Of a DNA stretch of 64,000 nt, positions 30,546-38,496 are shown in pieces. Location of the stretch: NCBI GenBank assembly GCA_965222035.1, contig OZ244940.1, positions 1,529,537 through 1,593,536 of the forward strand. Reading direction: 5' to 3'. Source of the stretch: Candidatus Amphirhobacter sp. (GTDB lineage: Bacteria > Pseudomonadota > Gammaproteobacteria > Tethybacterales > Tethybacteraceae). The position numbers and the translations under genes are program-made. Below the pieces are notes generated by a model, which saw only the letters and a program-made list of their open reading frames with translations, made no database searches and was not told where the DNA came from. How positions within the stretch are numbered: the first letter of the stretch is position 1; the number at the start of each line of letters is the position of its first letter.

Positions 30546-31757
30546 CTAGCCTCCATTCTCCGTTGCGGCCTGCTTTTTTTTGGCTTGCAGGTAGGTGAAG
30601 AAAGAGGGAATGCCAGCTTCCATGCGGTCTTCCTCTCCCTGCCAGATGAAACCTATCCTCTGCAGGCTATCGACAATGTCCATGGCTTCGTCTTCGCTGA
30701 GCTTCTTATTGCTCTTCCTCAAATCGTTCTCAATGGTCTCGCGCTCCGCCCTGGCGTCCTGTTGTCGGTTGATGGTCTCAGCTGCCCGCAAGGCATGTGA
30801 TGTGAGCTTGCCCTTATACAGCTCGGCATAGATGTCTCGGTAGAAATACTTGTGCTTGCGGCTTATGGCCATCTTGGCCTGCTCCACTAGCGCGACATCG
30901 ACGCGCCGTTTTTCGTCGTCTTTGGGCAATAACTTCCAGACCTCCGCCCCCACCAGCTGGACGAAATAAGGGTAATTGTCGGTCATGCCCCACATTATCT
31001 CCAGGGCCTGTGGCTCGACCTCGATGCCGCGGTTGGCGAACGGCTCGCTGAGCGCTTCCTTGCTTTCCTCGGTCGCCAGCAAGTTGATGTAGATTTTCTC
31101 ACTCCTTGACATGAACGTCGCTTCGATGTTCGTCAGATAGCTAGGCAGATCCGGAGTGCCCGCCAACAATATCACCAAAGGGTACTTCTCGTTAATCAGT
31201 CGCTGCCCGCTCTGCAGCATGAATCCCATGATGTTTTCTTGGTAATGATGGGCCTCGTCCATCAGCAAGGCCAAGGGACCCTGGCTCAGCCGGGCCCGCA
31301 AAACTTGCTCGAAACCGTCAGCGGGGTCATCGCGAAGGTCCACGCCTAAGCCGAAGCCGGGAATGGATGCATTGAAGCCCTTCACCGCCTTCAGTGCCTT
31401 CTTGTCCGCGCCGCGGGCCAGCTCTTTGAGCAGGCGCCCCATCGCATCGCCTGCCATCAGGTCCTTGGCATGCGCCAGCCGCGCCACATTGATCTCCATC
31501 TCCTGGGCCCGTTCCTGCATCCAGGTGAGCAACAGCGTCTTGCCCACCCCGCGCGGGCCGGTGAGCACTATCGGCGGTGTCAAATCATGCTCCAGCAGGC
31601 CATCTTCTTCCCGGACCTCGCTCGGAGCGATGCTTTGCAGGGCATCCTCCAGCACGTCGAACACATCCTCCCGGCCGGCGACATACTCCGGGGTGTGCCC
31701 GGTACCGGGAGTGAATGGTTTTTTTCTCCGCTTGGCAGGCTGGGAAGTCATAACCAT
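30546..31757 (-). CDS. P-loop NTPase of the Arch_ATPase/AAA_16-like family (paralog B3)
   Basis: KPFTPGTGHTPEYVAGREDVF, Walker A TGPRGVGKTLL, Walker B ALLMDEAHH and C-terminal GIPSFFTYLQAKKKQAA. Confidence 0.7.
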   Translation of the reverse strand: MVMTSQPAKRRKKPFTPGTGHTPEYVAGREDVFDVLEDALQSIAPSEVREEDGLLEHDLTPPIVLTGPRGVGKTLLLTWMQERAQEMEINVARLAHAKDLMAGDAMGRLLKELARGADKKALKAVKGFNASIPGFGLGVDLRDDPADGFEQVLRARLSQGPLALLMDEAHHYQENIMGFMLQSGQRLINEKYPLVILLAGTPDLPSYLTNIEATFMSRSEKIYINLLATEESKEALSEPFANRGIEVEPQALEIMWGMTDNYPYFVQLVGAEVWKLLPKDDEKRRVDVALVEQAKMAISRKHKYFYRDIYAELYKGKLTSHALRAAETINRQQDARAERETIENDLRKSNKKLSEDEAMDIVDSLQRIGFIWQGEEDRMEAGIPSFFTYLQAKKKQAATENGG

Positions 31758-31936
31758 ATTTTAGGGGATTGCAGAGGGTTTATATGCTTGATTTGAGAAA
31801 ACTGCGCCTAGTTCGCTTGAAAAAAGATTGGGCGTACCAAACGGCTGAATGTAGCGCGCCAGCCTGTCGCAGCAATGTCCGATAAAGAATGGCATCAAGA
31901 AAAGTAGATTATTCCCTATAATAAAAGGCGCTGCTG
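31758..31936 (-). repeat. Partial copy of the conserved intergenic module, upstream of the first ATPase gene of the array
   Basis: The 5' blocks (atgcttgatttgagaaaactgcgcctagttcgctt ... atgtagcgcgcc) are conserved. The remainder diverges towards the trpD start. Confidence 0.5.
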
Positions 31937-32968
31937 ATGAACGAAGACTGCTACCTGCGCGCGCTCGGTACCCTGGGAGCGGGGAAGGAGCTTGAGCCCG
32001 GCCTGCTCGAAGAGGCCCTGGCCGCGATCCTGGCGGGCGAGTGGAACGAGGTCGAGGTCGCGGCCTTCTTGACCGCGCTGCGCATGCGGGGCGTAACCAG
32101 CGCCGAGGTGGCGGTCGCCGCCCGCTACCTGCTGGGCATTATGAGGCCGGTGGAGCTGCCGGACGCCGCCGCGGTGCTCGATACCGCCGGGACCGGCGGC
32201 GACCGCAAGGGGACCTTCAACATCTCGACCGCCGCCGCCTTCGTCGCGGCCGCCTGCGGCGTGCGGGTCGCCAAGCATGGCAACCGCGCCATGTCCGGCA
32301 CCTGCGGGAGCTCGGACATCCTCACGCGCCTCGGCGCGCGCCTCGACCTCGCGCCGGAAGCGCTCGCCGCCTGCCACCAGCGGGCCGGCATCTGCTTCCT
32401 CGCCGCGCCCGCCCACCATCCGGCGCTCAAGGCGGTCGGGCCGGTGCGCGCCAAGCTGCGGGTGCGCACGATGTTCAACCTGCTCGGGCCGCTGCTCAAT
32501 CCCGCCCGCGCCGGCTGCCGCCTGGCGGGCATCTACGACGGCGCCTGGGTGCGGCCCTATGCCGAGGTCCTGCGGGACCTGGGCGTGCGACGGGCGGTGG
32601 TGGTGCATGCCGCTGACGGCACCGATGAGTTCGTGCTCGCCGGCCCGTCGCATTACGCGGTGCTCGATGAGCAGGGCGAGGTCAGCGAGCGCGAGTTCGA
32701 TCCGGCGACGCTCAAGCTGGGCGAGCATGATCCTGCGGCGCTGCTGGCGGCGGACCCAGCGGAGGCCGAGCGTCTGTTCAACGCCGCCATCGACGGCAAG
32801 GAGCCCGCGCCCGCCGCCGCGGTGGTACTCAACGCCGCCGCCGCCTTGTTCGCCGCCGGCAAGGTAGCGGAACTGGCGGACGGCATCGCCCCAGCGCAAG
32901 AGGCGATCGCCAGCGGCCAGGCGCGCGCCAAGCTGGACGAGTTCATCGCAGTCACTCAAGAGCTGTGA
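31937..32968 (+). CDS. trpD: Anthranilate phosphoribosyltransferase
   Basis: LDTAGTGGDRKGTFNISTAAAFVAAACGVRVAKHGNRAMSGTCGSSD. Confidence 0.9.
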   Translation: MNEDCYLRALGTLGAGKELEPGLLEEALAAILAGEWNEVEVAAFLTALRMRGVTSAEVAVAARYLLGIMRPVELPDAAAVLDTAGTGGDRKGTFNISTAAAFVAAACGVRVAKHGNRAMSGTCGSSDILTRLGARLDLAPEALAACHQRAGICFLAAPAHHPALKAVGPVRAKLRVRTMFNLLGPLLNPARAGCRLAGIYDGAWVRPYAEVLRDLGVRRAVVVHAADGTDEFVLAGPSHYAVLDEQGEVSEREFDPATLKLGEHDPAALLAADPAEAERLFNAAIDGKEPAPAAAVVLNAAAALFAAGKVAELADGIAPAQEAIASGQARAKLDEFIAVTQEL

Positions 32969-33753
32969 GCGCCGGCTTGCCGGCGATCCTCGCGCACAAG
33001 CGCGAGGAGGTGGAAGCGGCCAAGCGGGAACTGGACCTGCCTGCGCTGCAAGACCGGGCTGCGGCGCAGGAACCGCTGCGCGGTTTTGCGCAGGCGCTGC
33101 GGCAGTCAAGCGAGGGGCTGGCGATCATCGCCGAGATCAAGCGCCGCAGTCCCAGCGCTGGCGACTTGCGCATCGACGACGATGTCGCGGCACGGGCGCG
33201 GCAGTATCGCGAAGGCGGCGCAGCTTGTCTCTCAGTACTCACCGACGCCGCTTTCTTCGCCGGATCGGCCGATGACCTGGCGGCGGCGCGCGTGAGCGTG
33301 GCGCTGCCGGTACTGCGCAAGGACTTCATCGTCGATGCCTGGCAGGTGCATGAGACCCGGGCGCTGGGAGCCGACTGCATGCTGCTGATCGCCGCTGCCA
33401 TGGAACCAGGTGAACTGGTTGATCTCGCCGGTCTCGGCCGCGAGCTGGGCCTGGATGTGTTGGTCGAAATCCATGCCGAGGGCGAGCTAGAGGCGGCGCT
33501 GGCAGCCGGGACCGGCTTGCTCGGCATCAACAACCGCGACCTGCGTACGATGACGATTGACTTAGGGGTGACCGAGGCCCTGGCGCCGCAGGCGGCTGCG
33601 GCTGGTTGTTTGGTGGTGGCTGAGAGCGGCATCAGCACCGTCGCCGACGCGCGCCGCGCCCGGCAGGCCGGAGCTGGATCGTTGCTGGTGGGCGAGGCGC
33701 TGATGCGCAGCGAGGATCCCGCGGTGCTGCTGGCTGAGTTGGCGGCCGCTTGA
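32965..33753 (+). CDS. trpC: Indole-3-glycerol phosphate synthase
   Basis: ILAHKREEV ... IIAEIKRRSPSAG ... LTDAAFFAGS ... LRKDFIVD. Its GTGA overlaps trpD. Confidence 0.9.
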   Translation: MSAGLPAILAHKREEVEAAKRELDLPALQDRAAAQEPLRGFAQALRQSSEGLAIIAEIKRRSPSAGDLRIDDDVAARARQYREGGAACLSVLTDAAFFAGSADDLAAARVSVALPVLRKDFIVDAWQVHETRALGADCMLLIAAAMEPGELVDLAGLGRELGLDVLVEIHAEGELEAALAAGTGLLGINNRDLRTMTIDLGVTEALAPQAAAAGCLVVAESGISTVADARRARQAGAGSLLVGEALMRSEDPAVLLAELAAA

Positions 33754-33768
33754 GCTAGCTGCCGGCGC

Positions 33769-35349
33769 TCAGCGATTGATGGGTGGCGGCAGGACCTTGG
33801 CGGAGTGCCGCCAGAGGGGCTCGTCATAATAGGTTGGGACGTAGTCGTCGCTGTAGACTAGCAAGTCCCTCAAGTCCTTGTAAATCCTGAGCATCCCGAT
33901 TCGCCTGACGGGGGCATAATTAGTGTCAAGGACAACAACGCCATAGGTGAGGAGGTGTGAGAACAATTTCCGGTCCGGGTGCTTGGATTGGATGTCTTGG
34001 AACTTCTCTTTATCATAGATGGGGACATTGCGATGCAGGTAGTAGTAGCTGAAATGCTGCATATCAAAATACACACCTTCTAAATCCTCTTGTTCATGCA
34101 GCCAGGTGAGGCCGGCAAAGAAGCCAGGGGTGTTGTGCAGGTAGCCGAGCTGGTAGGGGTCTTTGTCAAAGCTCCCGACCTTGTAGATCCAATTGTCCTT
34201 GACGTAGCCGAGCGCGACCAGCAAGCCGAAGACCAGCTGCAAGGCGATCAGGCCGCGGGTCAGGTCATGGCGCAGCTCGCGCAGCTGGGCGTGGCGGAAC
34301 CAGGTGCTCAACAGCCAAGCCGCGGTCGGCATCCACAGGAAGAACATCGGCGCCACATAGCGGAATTCCTTGTGGGGAGATAGCATGTGCGGCAGCATGA
34401 TCGCCAGTGCCATCAGCAGGGTCAGCAGATGCAGGCGCGGCCGCCACAGCCAGGCGAGGACGGCGAGCAGGATGTAGCCAGCCGAGATGAACAGCAGCCG
34501 CTGAGGGTAGAAGATCTCGCCGCCGCCTCTGTGGAAGTCCTCCGGTGGATTGAGATTCCACAGCATGTGCATGTAGATCGAGTTGAACGGGCGTCCCCAG
34601 GTGAGGAAATCCAGCAAGCCGTAGGCGAGTATGGCCAGCAGTCCACCTGCGATAGAACGCAAGGCCCAGCGTGCGGGCATGGCTGCGGCCACCGCCAGCC
34701 ACAGGATGCCGAGCGCCGGCAGGTAGAGGTAGCGCAGGAAGGCGGCGACGCCGAGCATGATGCCGAATACCCAGGCGCCGGCGTCGCCGCGGATGAAGGG
34801 CCGGCCAGCCAGGCCCATGGCCGATGCTAGCATCACGCCGGCCAGCATGCCGGTCAGGGTCTTGGCCGCGAAGGCCAGCAGATAGAAGTTAAAGACGCCG
34901 AGCAGCAGCGCGATCCGCCCGGCGACCTCGCCGTGCTGGTGCCGGGTGAAATGGTATAGGCCCCAGGGGATTAGCAATGAGAAAACACAGAAGAATGCCT
35001 CGACGAAGGGGACGTAGTAAGCGGGGTGGTCGATGCCCAGCCACTTGAACGGCAGCAGCAGCGCCGCGACGACGCCCGGCAGCAGATAGCTGCGCCCCCC
35101 CCAGTGTGATTCCCAGGTGATGATGCCATAGCCAAACGCCAGCCGATGTCCCTGCTCCAGGTATTGCTGGATTTCGTCGAGGTAGGCGATGAAGTCAGAG
35201 AACATATGCAGGCCGAGCCGCAGCAGCAGCGCCGCCGCCAGGCAATGCGGCAGGTAACGCCAGGACGGCTGGACCGTCGCGCCTGGCGCCTGGTACAGAT
35301 TGAGGTGGCGCAGCTGGAGCAGCATGTTGGAGATGACGTTCGTGCTCAT
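33769..35349 (-). CDS. GT-C membrane glycosyltransferase, GT22/PIG-B/Alg9-like, array copy 1 (distal); hallmark motif partly degenerate
   Basis: Multi-TM N-terminus with first-loop motif YLDEIQQYLEQGHRLAFGYGIITWESHWGGRSYLLPG (LDE/TWES instead of PDE/TWEW) and a C-terminal soluble domain of about 150 aa. Confidence 0.65.
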   Translation of the reverse strand: MSTNVISNMLLQLRHLNLYQAPGATVQPSWRYLPHCLAAALLLRLGLHMFSDFIAYLDEIQQYLEQGHRLAFGYGIITWESHWGGRSYLLPGVVAALLLPFKWLGIDHPAYYVPFVEAFFCVFSLLIPWGLYHFTRHQHGEVAGRIALLLGVFNFYLLAFAAKTLTGMLAGVMLASAMGLAGRPFIRGDAGAWVFGIMLGVAAFLRYLYLPALGILWLAVAAAMPARWALRSIAGGLLAILAYGLLDFLTWGRPFNSIYMHMLWNLNPPEDFHRGGGEIFYPQRLLFISAGYILLAVLAWLWRPRLHLLTLLMALAIMLPHMLSPHKEFRYVAPMFFLWMPTAAWLLSTWFRHAQLRELRHDLTRGLIALQLVFGLLVALGYVKDNWIYKVGSFDKDPYQLGYLHNTPGFFAGLTWLHEQEDLEGVYFDMQHFSYYYLHRNVPIYDKEKFQDIQSKHPDRKLFSHLLTYGVVVLDTNYAPVRRIGMLRIYKDLRDLLVYSDDYVPTYYDEPLWRHSAKVLPPPINR

Positions 35350-36926
35350 GGTTTGATGGGCGGCGGTAGGATTTTAGCGGAATGCTGCCAGAGAGGCTCG
35401 TCATAATAGGTTGGGACGTAGTCGTCGCTGTAGACTGGCAAGTCCCTCAAGTCCTTGTAAATCCTGAGCATCCCGATTCGGCTGACGGGGGCATAATTAG
35501 TGTCAAGGACAACAACGCCATAGGTGAGGAGGTGTGAGAACAATTTCCGGTCCGGGTGCTTGGATTGGATGTCTTGGAGCTTCTCTTTATCATAGATGGG
35601 GACATTGCGATGCAGGTAGTAGTAGCTGAAATGCTGCATATCAAAATACACACCTTCTAAATCCTCTTGTTCTTGCAGCCAGGTGAGGCCGGCAAAGAAG
35701 CCAGGGGTGTTGTGCAGGTAGCCGAGCTGGTAGGGGTCTTTGTCAAAGCTCCCGACCTTGTAGATCCAATTGTCCTTGACGGCGCCAAGCGCTACCAGCA
35801 TCCCGAAAATCAGCTGGATGCCAATCAGGCCGCGGGTCAGGTCATGGCGCAGCTCGCGCAGCTGGGCGTGGCGGAACCAGGTGCTCAACAGCCAGGCCGC
35901 GGTCGGCATCCACAGGAAGAACATCGGCGCCACATAGCGGAATTCCTTGTGGGGAGATAGCATGTGCGGCAGCATGATCGCCAGTGTCATCAGCAGGGTC
36001 AGCAGATGCAGGCGCGGCCGCCACAGCCAGGCGAGGACGGCGAGCAAGATGTAGCCAGCCGAGATGAACAGCAGCCGCTGAGGGTAGAAGATCTCGCCGC
36101 CGCCTCTGTGGAAGTCCTCCGGCGGGCTGAGGTTCCACAGCATGTGCATGTAGATCGAGTTGAACGGGCGTCCCCAGGTGAGGTAATCGAGCAAGCCATA
36201 GGCGAATATGGCCAGCAGTCCACCTGCGATAGAACGCAAGGCCCAGCGTGCGGGCATGGCTGCGGCCACCGCCAGCCACAGGATGCCGAGCGCCGGCAGG
36301 TAGAGGTAGCGCAGGAAGGCGGCGACGCCGAGCATGATGCCGAATACCCAGGCGCCGGCGTCGCCGCGGATGAAGGGCCGGCCAGTCAGGCCCATGGCCG
36401 CCGCCAGCACCACGCCGGACAGCATGCCGGTCAGGGTCTTGGCCGCGAAGGCCAGCAGGTGGAAGTTGACGACGCCGAGCAGCAGCGCAATCCGCCCGGC
36501 GGTCTCGCCGTGCTGCTGCCGGGTGAAATGGTACAGCCCCCATGGAATCAGCAGCGAGACGATGCAGAAGAAGGCTTCGACGAAGGGGACGTAGTAAGCG
36601 GGGTGGTCGATGCCCAGCCACTTGAACGGCAGCAGCAGCGCCGCGACGACGCCCGGCAGCAGATAGCTGCGCGCCCCCCAGTGCCATTCCCAGGTTGTCA
36701 GGCCGTAGCCGAAGGCCAATCGATGCCCCTGCTCCAGATACTGATACAACTCGTCCGGATAAGTGATGAAGTCTGAGAACATATGCAGCCCGAGCCGCAG
36801 CAGCAGCGCCGCGGCCAGGCAATGTGGCAGGTAGCGCCAGGACGGCTGGGTCGTTGGTCCGGGAGCTTGGTAAAGTCCAAGGCGGCGCAGCTGGAGAAGC
36901 ATGCTAGGGATGGTGCTTGCGCTCAA
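35346..36926 (-). CDS. GT-C membrane glycosyltransferase, GT22/PIG-B/Alg9-like, array copy 2
   Basis: YPDELYQYLEQGHRLAFGYGLTTWEWHWGARSYLLPG. It is nearly identical to copy 1 over long stretches and has a 4-nt overlap with its neighbours. Confidence 0.7.
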   Translation of the reverse strand: MSASTIPSMLLQLRRLGLYQAPGPTTQPSWRYLPHCLAAALLLRLGLHMFSDFITYPDELYQYLEQGHRLAFGYGLTTWEWHWGARSYLLPGVVAALLLPFKWLGIDHPAYYVPFVEAFFCIVSLLIPWGLYHFTRQQHGETAGRIALLLGVVNFHLLAFAAKTLTGMLSGVVLAAAMGLTGRPFIRGDAGAWVFGIMLGVAAFLRYLYLPALGILWLAVAAAMPARWALRSIAGGLLAIFAYGLLDYLTWGRPFNSIYMHMLWNLSPPEDFHRGGGEIFYPQRLLFISAGYILLAVLAWLWRPRLHLLTLLMTLAIMLPHMLSPHKEFRYVAPMFFLWMPTAAWLLSTWFRHAQLRELRHDLTRGLIGIQLIFGMLVALGAVKDNWIYKVGSFDKDPYQLGYLHNTPGFFAGLTWLQEQEDLEGVYFDMQHFSYYYLHRNVPIYDKEKLQDIQSKHPDRKLFSHLLTYGVVVLDTNYAPVSRIGMLRIYKDLRDLPVYSDDYVPTYYDEPLWQHSAKILPPPIKP

Positions 36927-38476
36927 CGCCTGATGGGCGGCGGCAGGATCTTGGCAGAGTGCTTCCAGTTATCGTCCGAGGCAAAATCGGAACTGTAATC
37001 TTCGGTGTAAAGCGGACCAGTCCTAACATCTTCGTAGATTTTCGCACTGCCGATTTGCTTGACCAGGCGCAAGGAGGGCGAGGAAATCAGATTATAGGTG
37101 AGGATGTGCGAGACCAGTTTCTTGTCGGGGTTCTGCTTGGTGGCATGATCGAACATCGACAGATTGTAAATAGGAATATTGCGATGCAGGTAGTAGTAAT
37201 TAAAATTATGCACGGCAAACAATATGCCTTTCACATCATCTTGTTCTCGTATCCAGGCGATGGCAGGAAAGAAGTCGGGAGTGTTGTGGAAATAGCCGAG
37301 CTCGTTGTTGTCTTTGACATAGTCGCCGACGCTGTAAATCCAGTTATCATTGACGGTGTCGGACGCGACCAGCATGCTGAAAATCAGTTGAATGCCAATC
37401 AGGACGCGCGTTAGGTCATGGCGGTAAGGACGCACCCGGGCGCGCCGGCTCCAGATGCTGAGCAGCCAGGCCGCGGCCGGCATCCACAGGAAGAACAGCG
37501 GTGCCACATAGCGGAACTCCTTGTGGACGGTCAGCATGTGCGGCAACAGGATAGCCAGGTACAGCAGCATGGTCAGCAGATGCCGGCGCGGTTGCCGCAG
37601 CCAGGCGAGGATGGTAAGCGCGAGGCAGCCGGCCGAGATGAACAGCAGCCGCTGTGGATAGAAGATCTCGCCGCCGCCGGTGTGAAAGCCCTCCGGCGGG
37701 CTGAGGTTCCATAGCATGTGCATGTAGATTGAGTTGAACGGCCGCCCCCAGGTGAGATAGTCGAGCAATCCATATGCGATCACCACCAGCATCCCGCCAG
37801 CGATGGAGCGCAAGACCCAGCGCGCGGGCATGGCTATGGCGACCGCCAGCCACAGGATGCCGATGGCGGGCAGGTAGAGGTAGCGCAGGAAGAAGGCGAA
37901 GCCGAGCAGGATGCCGAACAGCCAGGCGCCCGCGTCGCCGCGGATGAATGGCCGTCCCGCCAAACCCATCGCGGCCGCCAGCATCACGCCTGACAGTGTC
38001 TCGGTCAAGGTTTTGGCCGCGAAGGTTATCAGGTAGAAGCTGACGACGCCGAGCAGCAATGCGATCCGCCCGGCGGCCTCGCCGTACTGATGCCGGGTGA
38101 AGTGGTACAGACCCCAGGGGATCAACAGCGAGACAACGCAGAAGAAGGCTTCGACGAAGGGGACGTAATAGGCGGGATGGTCGATGCCTAGCCACTTGAA
38201 TGGCAGCAACAGGGCGGCGACGACCCCGGGCAGCAGATAGCTGCGTGCCCCCCAGTGCCATTCCCAGATCGTAATGCTGTAACCGAAGGCCAGCCGATGG
38301 CCTTGCTCTTGGTAATGCCAGATTTCATCCGGAAAGGCGATGAAGTCCGAGAAGATATGCAGCCCAAGCCGCAGCAGCAGTGCGACAATCAGGCAATGAG
38401 GCAGGTAGCGCCATGACGGCTGGGGAGTCGTACCTGGCGCTTGGTACAGATTGAGGCTGTGCAGTTGGGCAAGCAT
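36923..38476 (-). CDS. GT-C membrane glycosyltransferase, GT22-like, array copy 3
   Basis: FPDEIWHYQEQGHRLAFGYSITIWEWHWGARSYLLPG. Confidence 0.7.
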   Translation of the reverse strand: MLAQLHSLNLYQAPGTTPQPSWRYLPHCLIVALLLRLGLHIFSDFIAFPDEIWHYQEQGHRLAFGYSITIWEWHWGARSYLLPGVVAALLLPFKWLGIDHPAYYVPFVEAFFCVVSLLIPWGLYHFTRHQYGEAAGRIALLLGVVSFYLITFAAKTLTETLSGVMLAAAMGLAGRPFIRGDAGAWLFGILLGFAFFLRYLYLPAIGILWLAVAIAMPARWVLRSIAGGMLVVIAYGLLDYLTWGRPFNSIYMHMLWNLSPPEGFHTGGGEIFYPQRLLFISAGCLALTILAWLRQPRRHLLTMLLYLAILLPHMLTVHKEFRYVAPLFFLWMPAAAWLLSIWSRRARVRPYRHDLTRVLIGIQLIFSMLVASDTVNDNWIYSVGDYVKDNNELGYFHNTPDFFPAIAWIREQDDVKGILFAVHNFNYYYLHRNIPIYNLSMFDHATKQNPDKKLVSHILTYNLISSPSLRLVKQIGSAKIYEDVRTGPLYTEDYSSDFASDDNWKHSAKILPPPIRR

Positions 38477-38496
38477 GCTGGAAACGGACCCTTCGC

